NCBI GenBank assembly: GCA_964016885.1
Contig: OZ024741.1
Span: forward strand, 184,264,001-184,328,000
Source of the DNA: Eledone cirrhosa
Lineage: Eukaryota
Length of the DNA: 64,000 nucleotides
Direction: 5' to 3'
The notes below the pieces were generated by a model. The model was given only the letters and a program-made list of their open reading frames with translations. It was not told where the DNA came from and made no database searches. Shown piece by piece: positions 40,186 through 53,830 of this stretch. Made by a program: the position numbers and the translations under genes. Each line of letters starts with the position of its first letter. Positions within the stretch are counted from its first letter, which is position 1.

Positions 40186-42390
40186 CCAGGCCCAGATGGT
40201 GTGCAGGGGTATTGGATTAAAAATATAACATCCCTCCACCCGAAACTGACAACCATGTTCAATGACTGCTTGATGTCAGGTGAGGTACCAGAGTGGTTGA
40301 CAAAAGGTACCACAGTTCTGGTAATGAAGGACCGAATCAAGGGTAATGATGTTACCAACTATAGACCTATGACATGTCTGTCTGAAATGTGGAAACTGTT
40401 GACAAGCATTATGTCTGAGGAAATCTACCATCACCTCCACACAAACAACTTGTTACCGGACGAACAGAAAGGATGCCGAAAGAAGTCCCGTGGTACAAAG
40501 GACCAGTTACTTATTGATAAGATGGTAATGAGGAATTGCAAGAGGAGACACACTGGTCTTGCCATGGGATGGACAGACTACAAAAAGGCATTTGACATAG
40601 TGCCTCATTCTTGGATCACCAAAAGCCTAGAGATCTTCAAGGTGGCAGATAACATCAGACAGTTGTTGGGCAAAAGTATGAAGTCCTGGGAAACAGAGTT
40701 AACATCAGCTGGAGAATCCTTGGGAGGCGTGAAGATCAAGAGAGGTATCTTCCAGGGAGATAGTCTGTCCCCTCTGTTGTTTGTCCTTGCCCTGATGACC
40801 CTGACCATTATACTGCGAGAGGTGAGAGCAGGATACAAGTTGGGAAAGGGAGAGCTTACCATCAATCACCTCCTCTTCATGGACGATCTTAAGCTCTTCG
40901 GGAAGAGCGAGAAGGAGTTGGATGTGCTCGTTGACACTGTCCGTATTTTCAGCAACGATATATGTATGCAATTTGGTATTAGTAAGTGTGGAGTCCTTGT
41001 GATGAAGAGAGGTAAATTGACCAGAAGCAACAGAATCCAGGTACCAACAGGTGAGATGATAAAGGAAATTGACACTGAAGAAGGATACAAGTATTTGGGT
41101 GTTCTGGAGGCTGATGACATGAAGAACAAAAAAATGAAGGAATTGATAAGAACTGAATACATTCGGAGAATAAGGAGCGTATTAAAGTCACATCTGAACA
41201 GTAGGAATGCCATAAGTGCTGTAAATTCCCGAGCTGTGTCTATTATTAGGTACAGTGCGGGAATTCTGGGATGGAATGTTGCTGAACAAAATGAAATGGA
41301 TAGGAAGACTAGGAAATGATTGACTATCTACAATATGTTCCACAAGAGGAGTGATGGCGATAGACTCTACTTAAGGAGATCTGAAGGTGGAAGAGGTATT
41401 ATCAGCATAGAGGACTGTGTTCAGATGGAGAAAAACAACCTACACAAATACGTGACTGATAGTAAGGAGCCAATGCTCAGAACTGTACTGAAGGAGAGGA
41501 CAATAGACCAGGGGATGTCCAGGGATGAAATAACAACAAGGAGAAAGAGCAGCCTTCAGGAAAAATCCCTTCATAGTACCTTCTTTGAAAAAACTGAATT
41601 CAGAGATCCACACACATGGAACTGGTTGAAAAGAGGAGACCTTAAAAAGGCTACAGAAGGAATGTTAATGGCTGCGCAAGAGCAGGCCCTCAAAACGAAG
41701 TGGTTGAAACACCATATTTACAAGGAGGAGGCTAGCCCACTGTGCAGGAACTGTGGAGAGAGAGAGGAGACTGTGGCTCACATTGTATCCGAGTGTAAAC
41801 ACCTAGCCCAGACTCACTATAAGGGCTGGAGACATGATGTGATAGGCAGGGTGATCCACTAGCACCTATGAAAAGTAAACAATTTACCACATTCTGAGAA
41901 GTGGTATGAGCATAAGCCAGAGTCGGTGACAGAAAACGATCAGGTGAAGGTGCTGTGGGATTTTAGGATACAGACAGACAAGAAACTGGAACACAATAGA
42001 CCTGACCTGGTGGTTTTGGACACAGAAAAAAGATCGTGCCTGATTGTGGATGTGGCCTGCCCATTCGACACGAAAGTGCAAGAGAAGGAGAGGGAGAAAA
42101 TTAACCGATACCAGGACTTAAAGTGGGAGGTAAAAAAGATTTGGAACTGCCATGATGTCAAAGTGGTCCCGATTGTCATAGGCGCACTAGGTACGATCTC
42201 AAAAAGTTTCCAGGGATGGTTAAAGAAAATTGGCCCCTTCACGCTTTTTGGAACGCTTCAAAAGTCATGCTTGCTGAGAACAGCAAGAACCCTTCGATGC
42301 GTCCTGAATATCTGAGGCTGCAGGTAGTGGCTTGATATTCATTTCAACAAACTTTCCAGTTAACTAACATCAATGACTGAGACTCAAAGA
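40186..42390 (+). mobile_element. R4/Dong-type non-LTR element, copy 1 (5'-truncated, premature stops)
   Basis: PGPDG, YRPMTCL, IFQGDSLSPLLF, FMDDLK, CRNC..H...EC, RHD, RPDL..VD..KINRY; stops near 41317, 41860 and 41869; (AAT)n tail 42393-42492. Confidence 0.9.
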
Positions 42391-42392
42391 AC

Positions 42393-43562
<1,170 letters not shown>

Positions 43563-43574
43563 AATAACAATAAC

Positions 43575-43604
<30 letters not shown>

Positions 43605-43606
<2 letters not shown>

Positions 43607-45829
43607 GCTAACCAACTGGAAATCACCAGGCCCAGATGGTGTGCAGGGGTATTGGATTAAACATTTAACATCCCTCCACCCGAAGCTGACGGCCATGTTC
43701 AATGACTGCTTGGTGTCGGGTGAGGTGCCAGAGTGGTTGACAAAAGGTACCACAGTTCTGATAATGAAAGACCGAATCAAGGGTAATGATGTTACCAACT
43801 ATAGACCTATCACATGTCTGTCCGTAATGTGGAAACTGTTGACGAGCATTGTGTCTGAGGAAATCTACCATCACCTCCACACAAACAACTTGTTACCGGA
43901 CGAACAGAAAGGATGCCGAAAGAAGTCACGTGGTACAAAGGACCAGTTACTTATTGATAAGATGGTAATGGGGAATTGCAGGAGGAAACACACTGATCTT
44001 GCCATGGGATGGATAGACTACAGAAAGGCATTTGACATGGTGCCTCATTCCTGGATCACCAAAAGCCTGGAGATCTTCAGGGTGGCAGATAACATCAGAC
44101 AGTTGCTAGGCAGGAGTATGGGGTCCTGGGAGACAGAGTTGACATCAATTGGAGTATCCTTGGGAAGCGTGAAGATCAAGAGAGGTATCTTCCAGGGAGA
44201 TAGCCTGTCCCCTCTGTTGTTTGTCCTTGCCCTGATGCCCTTGACCATTATGCTGCGAAAAGTGAGAGCAGGATACAATTTGGGAAGGGGAGAGCTTACC
44301 ATCAATCACCTCCTCTTCATGGACGATCTTAAGCTCTTCGGGAAAAGTGAGAAGGAGTTGGATGTGCTTGTTGACACTGTCCGTATTTTCAGCAGTGATA
44401 TATGTATGCAGTTTGGTATTGGTAAATGTGGAGTCATTGTGATGAAGAGGGGTAGGTTGAGCAGAAGTAACGGGATCCAGATACCAACAGGTGAGATGAT
44501 AAAGGAAATTGACTCTGAGGAAGGATACAAGTATTTGGGCGTTCTGGAGGCTGATGGCATAAAGAACAAAAAAATGAAGGAATTGTTAAGAACTGAATAC
44601 ATTCGGAGAGTAAGGAGCGTATTGAAGTCACATCTGAACAGCAGAAATGCCATAAGCGCAGTAAATTCCCGAGCTGTGTCTATTATTAGGTACAGTGCGG
44701 GAATTCTGAGATGGAATGTTGCTGAACAAAAAGAAATGGATAGGAAGACTAGGAAGCTATTGACTATCTACAACATGTTCCACAAGAGGAGTGATGTCGA
44801 TAGACTCTACCTAAGGAGATCTGAGGGTGGAAGAGGTCTTATCAGCATAGAGGACTGTGTTCAGATGGAGAAAAACAACCTATACAAATACGTGACCTAT
44901 AGTAAGGAGCCAATGCTCAGAACTGTACTGAAGGAGGGAACAGTAGGCCAGGGGATGTCCAAGGAAGAAATAACATCAAGGAGGAAGAGCAGCCTTAAGG
45001 GAAAATCCCTTCATAGTACCTTCTTTGAGAAAACTGAATTTAGAGATCCACAGACATGGAACTGGTTGAGAAGAGGAGACCTCAAAAAGGCTACAGAAGG
45101 AATGCTAATGGCTGCGCAGGAGCAGGCCCTCAAAACGAAGTGGTTGAAGCACCATATCTACAAGGAGGAGGCTAGCCCACTGTGCAGGATATGTGGAGAG
45201 AGAGAGGAGACTGTGGCTCACATTGTGTCCGAGTGTAAACACCTAGCCCAGACCCACTATAAGGGCTGGAGACACGATGTGATGGGCAGGGTGATCCACT
45301 GGCACCTGTGCAAAGTAAACAATTTACCACATTCTGAGAAATTGTATGAGCATAGGCCAGAGGCGGTGATGGAGAACAATCAGGTGAAGGTGCTGTGGGA
45401 TTTTAGGATACAGACGGACAAAAAACTGGAACACAATAGACCTGACCTGGTGATTTTGGACAAAGAAAAAAGATCGTGTCTGATTGTGGATATGGCCTGC
45501 CCGTTCGACACGAGAGTGCAAGAGAAGGAGAGGGAGAAAATTAACCGATACCAGGACCTAAAGTGGGAGGTGAAAAGGATTTGGAACTGCCATGAAGTCA
45601 AAGTGATCCCGATTGTCATAGGCGCACTGGGGACTATCTCCAAAGGTTTCCAGGGATGGTTAAAGAAAATCGGCCCCTTCACGCTTTTTGGAACGCTTCA
45701 AAAGGCATGCTTGCTTGGAACGGCAAGAACCCTCCGATACGTCCTGAATATCTGAGGCTGCAGGTAGTGGCTTGATATTCAATCCAACGGACTTTCCAGT
45801 TAACCAACATCAATGACTGAGATTCAAGG
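43605..45829 (+). mobile_element. R4/Dong-type element, copy 3 (5'-truncated just before RT)
   Basis: Starts KLTNWKSPGPDG after (AAT)n; same 3' UTR and AATAACAATAAC(AAT)n tail as copy 2. Confidence 0.93.
43641..45755 (+). CDS. Reverse transcriptase - CCHC zinc finger - PD..D restriction-like endonuclease, uninterrupted 704 aa, N-terminus missing
   Basis: YRPITCL, DYRKAFDMVPH, IFQGDSLSPLLF, LFMDDLKLF, YKYLGV, CRICGEREETVAHIVSEC, RHD, HNRPDL..VDMACP..EKINRY. Confidence 0.88.
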   Translation: MQGYWIKHLTSLHPKLTAMFNDCLVSGEVPEWLTKGTTVLIMKDRIKGNDVTNYRPITCLSVMWKLLTSIVSEEIYHHLHTNNLLPDEQKGCRKKSRGTKDQLLIDKMVMGNCRRKHTDLAMGWIDYRKAFDMVPHSWITKSLEIFRVADNIRQLLGRSMGSWETELTSIGVSLGSVKIKRGIFQGDSLSPLLFVLALMPLTIMLRKVRAGYNLGRGELTINHLLFMDDLKLFGKSEKELDVLVDTVRIFSSDICMQFGIGKCGVIVMKRGRLSRSNGIQIPTGEMIKEIDSEEGYKYLGVLEADGIKNKKMKELLRTEYIRRVRSVLKSHLNSRNAISAVNSRAVSIIRYSAGILRWNVAEQKEMDRKTRKLLTIYNMFHKRSDVDRLYLRRSEGGRGLISIEDCVQMEKNNLYKYVTYSKEPMLRTVLKEGTVGQGMSKEEITSRRKSSLKGKSLHSTFFEKTEFRDPQTWNWLRRGDLKKATEGMLMAAQEQALKTKWLKHHIYKEEASPLCRICGEREETVAHIVSECKHLAQTHYKGWRHDVMGRVIHWHLCKVNNLPHSEKLYEHRPEAVMENNQVKVLWDFRIQTDKKLEHNRPDLVILDKEKRSCLIVDMACPFDTRVQEKEREKINRYQDLKWEVKRIWNCHEVKVIPIVIGALGTISKGFQGWLKKIGPFTLFGTLQKACLLGTARTLRYVLNI

Positions 45830-45841
45830 AATAACAATAAC

Positions 45842-45888
<47 letters not shown>

Positions 45889-46394
45889 GAAGAAGAAGAA
45901 GAAGAAAGGATGTGAAGATAAGGATAGAGATGAAGATGGAATGTAATATTCTAGAATAAAGAAAAAGGTAAGGTGGGTCGATAAATAGTGATAGAAATAG
46001 AGATACACGGATTAAGGAACGAACAAAAACAACAATAAAAAAACACTAAAAAACAAAAACAAAAGATAAATAGACAGAAAGAAAAACGAAAAAATATTGG
46101 GATGGTGATGGAGGTGGTGGTGGTACATAAAATACACCATGATGTGTGTATGTAAGGTGGCGTGATTTTTCTTCTTTCAGGAAGTTAAACAGAGCGTGTT
46201 TCAATGAACGCACAATATGATCAGCGGGTGGTTTCTTTTGGCTGACGGTGCAGTAGATATGCCATGATGAAGTGCTGGTGGCTGGCACCGGTAAGGTTGG
46301 AAGTCGATGGATGCTGAGCTGACATTGTTGTCATTTAAAGGAGATAGGTTCATTCTTTCTTCGTTTTTTTTCTTCATTCATTTATTTTTCTATT

Positions 46395-46600
<206 letters not shown>

Positions 46601-46755
46601 TTTACCTCCTGGGTAGTGTTCTTCACTTCGTTGTGTATGTGTGTAAACTCGTAGGAATAATTTATGTGAAGAGTAAAAGAGTAATTTCAAACTTCCATAT
46701 ATTTAATTATACACACACACACATACACACACACACACACACACACAGACACACA

Positions 46756-46840
<85 letters not shown>

Positions 46841-46841
46841 C

Positions 46842-46873
<32 letters not shown>

Positions 46874-46972
46874 GCTTCTTTTTAGAAATATGTATATTAT
46901 ACGCGAACAGATATATGTATAACATATCACATTTACTCCTGCGTTTGTCTGTTTTTTGAGTTCCTTATTCCC

Positions 46973-47117
<145 letters not shown>

Positions 47118-47430
47118 AAGATATGTTTTCTTATCCTGTTTGTTTTTGCTGACTCCTTGTTGGTTTTGTTTCTTTGCTAGAGACAGGTGCATCAAGATAA
47201 TGGTGAGGTTAAGAGATCGGAGTGTAGGCAGGACAGCCAAAGGGTGAGTGGGAGTGTTAGCAATTGAGTGGTGAGTTTGCGGGGAGGGAGATGAATGGAC
47301 GTGTGGTTGTTAGTTTTGTTTTTATAATTTCAATATTGATTTCTCATATTAACACGCGTTGGGAGAGACACAACAGCTGTTACGCACACATTTCCTCACT
47401 TCCCCCTTCTTTCTCCCCGACCTCTTCTAT

Positions 47431-47776
<346 letters not shown>

Positions 47777-47881
47777 TGTTCATAGACGGAACAAAAGCGC
47801 TACCTATGTTTCAAGGTCCAATTATGACCATCTTCCCAGATTGTAATAGATGCGATCAAATGTACAAATATATATATGTGA

Positions 47882-47922
<41 letters not shown>

Positions 47923-47943
47923 ATATATATATATATATATATA

Positions 47944-48183
47944 TAGGAAAAAGTATGACCCGACGGCAGAGCTCAAGCCGTTTCGACGGCTATTTCTGGA
48001 CTAAATTAAAATTTTTAGCCTGGCTAAAAAATTCTAAAAATTCTAATTTAGTCCAGAAATAGCCGTCGAAACGGCTTCAGCTCTGCCGTCGGGTCATACT
48101 TTTTCCTATTTCCCACTCTACTACCCTAAGTATTGAGTACTCTGGTGCGTTATGATCCATCTGGTTCCTTACCACGATTCCTT

Positions 48184-48186
<3 letters not shown>
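47944..48186 (+). mobile_element. Short (TA)n-inserted fold-back element, copy 2
   Basis: TAGGAAAAAGTATGACCCGACGGCAGAGCTCAAGCCGTTTCGACGGCTATTTCTGGACTAAATT mirrored at ~48045-48108, then the family tail ...GGTGCGTTATGATCCATCTGGTTCCTTACCAC. Confidence 0.88.
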
Positions 48187-48221
<35 letters not shown>

Positions 48222-48353
48222 GTGTGGTTTTTTTTTACAAAATGAAAAATAACCGAGGGGTCCTACACGAGTGAAAGTATAAAGAAAAAGAGATGAAATC
48301 GAAAATGCAACTGAAGTCTTATTTTTAAAAAAAATATATATATTTATTTGGTT

Positions 48354-48391
48354 CCTTTACCGGTTTCGCAGTTCTTCTGCTGTTCAAAAGG
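48354..48391 (-). ncRNA. Variant/degenerate minimal hammerhead motif
   Basis: CCTT-TTGAACA-GCAG-aagaa-CTGC-GAAA-CCGG-TA-AAGG: stems I and II perfect, core U3/C8. Confidence 0.55.
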
Positions 48392-48698
48392 TGAGTTGAG
48401 ATGGAGGGTCTGTGGTTTTTCTCACATCTGATAACATTTGAGAGAAATGTTATTAGGAAGGAAAAACGTGCAGTTTCGCCGATAACGGCTCGTCAATGTG
48501 TTTGATGGACCGCTATCGGCGAATAACATTCCCAATGTGTTTTTGTATAATAAAACATTTAAACAACTTCAGTATTGAGTCACTTTTTTAGTTATTAGTT
48601 AATGTTTTATTTTTATCAAAAACACTGAGACTTTATATTGTATGTATGTATGTGTATGTATGTATGTATGTATGTATATATGTATATATGTATGTATG

Positions 48699-48831
<133 letters not shown>

Positions 48832-48950
48832 TTACAACAGTGACGTAAACTGGTACATAGGTTTCGGTGGGTACTGGACCCAAACTCATTCAGCCTATCA
48901 TGAAAGATGAAAATTGGTGTGTATATATATGAATATATATATATATATAT

Positions 48951-49660
48951 AACTTAAAATGCAGTGGGAATACGAAGAAAGTAAGAAAGGGGGGAGTTTT
49001 ACTCATCAGTTGTCGACTGGGGGTCCAGGATATTTCTACGCTTTAAAGACAAGATACGACTTCACCCCAGGGAGTCAATAAATGGATAAGTTATTGGGAA
49101 AACGAAGGAGAAACAGTAACAAAACAGCGAAAAAAAACCCCACAAACCGAGCAATGTGCGAGCAACTATAGGTAGGAAATCCAAGACCACTCGATAAAAG
49201 AACTTAAGTTCGAGACCGAGTAATCGAGAGAAACAAGTCACACGTCAGATCACCGCAGTTGTAAGAGAACTGTTAAACGGTCAGACGAGGGGGTGAAAGT
49301 GAGAGGGAGAAAGGGAGAGGAAGAAAGTGAGGTAAGAGTAGATAGGGAGAAAGAGAGGGGAAGAAAGAGGGGTGAGAGTAGAAAGTAGCGAAATAGGTAG
49401 GTAGAAGGGGAGAGAAGAATGGTCACAGCGAAAAACATGAAATATATGGAGAATAGAAATGGCTGTGTAGTTACTATTTAAGGTAACTTAAAATGCAGTG
49501 GGATTACGAAGAAAGCAAGAACAGGGGAAGGGGGGGGGGCAGTTTTCCTCATCAGTTTTCTACTAGGGGTCTAGGATATTTCTACGCTTTAAATACAATA
49601 TACCACTTCACCCCAGGGCGTCAACAACTGGATGAGTTATTGGGAAAACGAAGGAAGGAG
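48951..49660. repeat. ~160-bp diverged direct repeat pair (48951-49110 and 49485-49658), possibly a partial-tandem TE end
   Basis: Both start AACTTAAAATGCAGTGGGA.TACGAAGAAAG and end GTTATTGGGAAAACGAAGGA. Confidence 0.85.
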
Positions 49661-49697
49661 GGAAGGAAACCAAAGGCAAAGAAAAAAAATATATATA

Positions 49698-49896
49698 TAG
49701 GAAAAGAGTCAGAGCCCGACGGCTGAGGTTTCGACTGCTAAATCGGAACTCAGTTTGGATCTAGCTGTCGAAACAGCCGGAGCTCAGCTGTCGGGGTCCT
49801 GACTCATTTCATTTCCTATTACCCAGTGTACCTCCCTAAGTATTGAGTACTCTGGTGCGTTATGGTCCACCTCGTATCTTACCACACCCTCTTTGT

Positions 49897-49898
<2 letters not shown>
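49698..49898 (+). mobile_element. Short (TA)n-inserted fold-back element, copy 3 (more diverged)
   Basis: TAGGAAAAGAGTCAG..CCCGACGGCTGAG..TTTCGAC / GTCGAAACAGCCGGAGCTCAGCTGTCGGGG..CTGACTC..TTCCTA, plus the family tail. Confidence 0.8.
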
Positions 49899-49979
<81 letters not shown>

Positions 49980-50368
49980 TATGTGTTGGTTGGTTATCAA
50001 CACAGCAGTATGCATGGTAGGGCACTCAACGAAATGCAGTTTCTTTACTCCGGAGTAATTTAAAACCCCAAAGCGTAAGTCAACAGGTTAAAATTAACTT
50101 CGTTTATTCATATTCGCTGTAATATTTATTTCGGTGATACACATTATTCATGAGACTGCTAGATTTTCAAGAGAAAAAACAGAAAAATATAATGGTGGAA
50201 CAAAGTTTATCTCCGTTATTTCGGACCTTGGATATGCCTTGACAGGAAGTATGGTGTTGTTTTCTCAAAGAACTGGTGGCATATGATTTAGAATGAACGA
50301 ATTTCAAGCATCAGTAGAATTTTACCTTTCTTCCATTGGTCACATACTGTCTTAAAACTCCAACACCA

Positions 50369-50764
50369 AGTCTATTGAATTTCTTAGATCAGTTGTCCAA
50401 GAATCAGATCAGTTTGTTAGAGTTGTTTTTAACAACCAACTATAATAATTGTATATTCCTAGAAAATACGGGTGTTTTGGTCTAGGTGACCTAGTTGACC
50501 TTAGTGGCAGTGGTGTTAATATTCTCCTACCACTCCTAATTTTGCGGTAATATTGGAGCTGCTCGTGAGAAATTCATATATGTAACCAGATATGGCTTCA
50601 TTCGGGAATGTGCATGCTTATCAATATTAAGACTCCTGATAATAAGAGGTGTTAAAATTATAATTGTAGGTGTTAAATATTATAATCCATATTATAATCA
50701 TATAGTACACACCGGCACATATATCTACATACACAAACACATACACACAAATATATATATATAT

Positions 50765-50800
<36 letters not shown>

Positions 50801-51030
50801 ATATATATACACATATCTTTACACATGTGAATCTTTCATTAACAACTCCAAAACTACTGCAAAATGAGGAGTTAGTAGCATATTAACACTACTGCCATTA
50901 AGGTCAGCTAGGTCACCTAGACCAAAACAGCCCTATTTTCTAGGTATATCGAGTTATAGTTGGTTGTTAAAAACAAACGTAACAAACTGACTTGTTTCTA
51001 GGACAACTGACCTCAGAAATTCAATAGACT
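50369..51030. repeat. Diverged ~220-bp inverted repeat pair (50369-50594 and 50812-51030)
   Basis: GTTTTGGTCTAGGTGACCTAG.TGACCTTA.TGGCAGT and TTTTTAACAACCAACTATAA are mirrored on the right arm. Confidence 0.88.
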
Positions 51031-51162
51031 CTTTATATATATATATATAGAGAGAGAGAGAGAAAATTGAGGTTGGTAATGGCACATGGAATATATAAGA
51101 GACAGAATACTTTTTTGTGAAAAAACATAATTTTATAAGGTAAGGAAATAATAAAGGGTATA

Positions 51163-51211
51163 AAAAATGACCGGTTTCGATGGGTCTGCAAAAGCCATCT
51201 TTTCAAATGTT
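51163..51211 (-). ncRNA. Minimal hammerhead motif with U3:A8 core
   Basis: TTGAAAA-GATGG-cttttgcagac-CCATC-GAAA-CCGG-TC; GUC cleavage triplet. Confidence 0.6.
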
Positions 51212-51569
51212 GATTAATATTAAGAAAAATTAATAATACGAAGAGTTAAAATTTGAGATTTGAAAATTCAAGTATAAAGTTCATTGTGGGATTTCATAGC
51301 AGTTTTCATCTAGGTAGCAACAACAGGTTGACTGCTGTGTCCCTTTCTGGTAGTGAATGAGAAGTTATTTGGGGTGTGGGTTATTTTATAAAGGTCAGAT
51401 TTAGCAATCACCAACTGGCCAGCTGCTGGTCAGTGAGGGGGTGGAAGCAATATACATACACATATCTTCCTGTGGTGGGTAGGAAAGTGGAACGTGATAG
51501 AAAGGGATTTAGTGCACTTACACCTATATATACACACACATACCTTCATCCACACATACATACATATAC

Positions 51570-51608
<39 letters not shown>

Positions 51609-51675
51609 CACACATACATACACACACACATACATATACATACACACATACACACACACACATATATATACACAT

Positions 51676-51842
<167 letters not shown>

Positions 51843-52020
51843 CATACTTACATTTATGTATCAGCTGTGCTAGAGCGAGAAATAAAATTCTATTCTAATT
51901 TTCTCTCTCACTTAATTTGAAAGTCTTAATTATTAGGAATTTTCTTTAATGAAAGATGTTTTAGATGTCCTAAAAAAATTAATATATAAATACTTCATCA
52001 TCGACCCTGCCGATAAATAA

Positions 52021-52240
52021 TTGTTTCTACTTTAGGCACAAGGCTGGCAATTTTTTTACGGGGTGATGAAAGTCGATTAAATCGAGACCAGTACATTACT
52101 GGTGCTTTATTTCATCGACTCCGTAAGGATGAAAGGCAAAGTTAACCTCGGCCGGATTTGAACTCAGACTGTAAAGCGGCGTAACTAAGCTGCAAAGCAT
52201 GGTGTCCGACCCTCTACCGATACTACCAATCCATCGCCCT
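52021..52240 (-). mobile_element. tRNA-derived SINE, family A (long form)
   Basis: A/B boxes, central domain and extra GTCGATTAAATCGA segment. Confidence 0.88.
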
Positions 52241-53202
52241 TCTGCCTCTGAATAATAAAATGCGTATGAGGTATGAACTTACTCATAAGATAAATACAAA
52301 ACCAATCCATGAACTTTTGATTAGTACTTATTATTCTCAAATGACTCTGGACTAAAACCAAGCTCTTTGGGACTTGAACTTATAATGTAAGGGATTATAA
52401 CTAGATACCGCAAAACAGTTCACTTACCGCTCTAGTGATTCTACTATTCACTTAACTAAAAAGATAAATAAAGAAACAATTTGACGATAAATCGCCATTT
52501 TGTTTACTGGTGTGAGATTTATTGCGGTGTGAAGTCAAGTGATATTGAGTCTCGCGAAGTGATTTTCTTATTAATGGCTTCAGGCCTAACTTAGTTCCAC
52601 CAGATATCTAAAACTGTTAGATGCATTAATTGGCTCTAGCATTACATCGTTTATTTCCGGTTTGGAAGAAACTAACTTTCCACTATTTTTTTATGACTTT
52701 TTACACGGAAGATGACCATGTAAACACGTGAACATGGTTTGCGTAACTAAGCAAATCGGTTTAGGCAATCAGGTAGAGAATTATATTTTAAAAACTGTGA
52801 GAAAACAACAACAAAATACCTGTAACATTTGAGAAATGACTTAATGGGGAGAAATTTCAATGAAATGACAAATGAGTATATGAATAAATAATAAAATATA
52901 AATAATTCTTTCTAACATAGGCACAAAGCTAGAAATGTGTGTGAAAGATAATAGCCATTTAAATGAACACTAATAATTGACTGGTACTTTGTTTATCGAC
53001 CTTGGAATGTTGAAAGACAAAGATGATCTCACCAGGACATGAACACCGAATGTAAAGACCCGGAACAATGTCGAAAACTATTGTATACGACGCTGTAGCG
53101 ATTCTGTCAAGCCAATGATAAATATTTTTAACATAGATGCAAAATAACCAATTTTTTGTTCGGTGCTGGTGTCATCAATTCCAGTAATATTTATTTTAAT
53201 GG

Positions 53203-53415
53203 TTTCTGATTTAGGCAGAAGGCCAACAACTTTTGGGGAAAGGGAAAGTCGATTAAATCGACTCCAGTGCATTGCTGGTACTTTATTTTATCGGCCCCGT
53301 AAGTATGAAAGGCAAAGCTAACCTAGGCGGGATTTGAACACATAACGTAAAGGGCCGTAACTTAATGTCACAAATCATGTCCGACGCTCAACCAATACTG
53401 CCAATCCACCACCCT
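53203..53415 (-). mobile_element. SINE family A with 15-bp TSD
   Basis: TATTTATTTTAATGG at 53188-53202 and 53416-53430. Confidence 0.92.
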
Positions 53416-53619
53416 TATTTATTTTAATGGGACTGGGTAGGTATCGAAGTTGAGTATTGCAGTTGTTCTATCAAATGAAGTACCCACACATTGAATTACA
53501 ATGTAACTGGCTGAGTATTCCACAAAAAAGTGAATTCTGTAATGTAATCCTCAGATAAAATTCCCGTGACAATGCATGTGACAATGGTTGACTGTTGATT
53601 TATAGGTGCCTTCTATAAG

Positions 53620-53830
53620 TGCCTAAACAACAGATTTCGATTGAACTAACCGTGTCACTTGAAAGTAGAATAGAAGCACACGTGTTCAAGACCGAAAAAT
53701 ATGGCAGTTTGGCCAACAGCCTGAGGGAAGCTAGCTTTCAGTTTCTGGGAAGAGCAGGACCAAAGCCCTCAAGGGAATATCAAAGGCAACGGAAAGGAAT
53801 TCCAGCTGGATATGGTCGGAGGAACAAAAA
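53620..53830 (+). pseudogene. RLE-type (HERO-like) non-LTR endonuclease fragment
   Basis: IELTVSLESRIEAHVFKTEKYGSL resembles the IELTVP.E..IEEAH..K..KY..L motif. Confidence 0.55.

Noticed and set aside
39727-41319. 530-aa ORF with a novel N-terminus on an RT
   Set aside because: The N-terminus is the antisense of Tx1 ORF1 read through the junction, and the RT copy has downstream stops.
49763-49795. Apparent covariation in the stem (CAGC/GCTG versus CGGC/GCCG)
   Set aside because: Both changes are CpG to CpA/TpG transitions and the mirror arm keeps GCCGTC, so deamination explains it; not counted as support.
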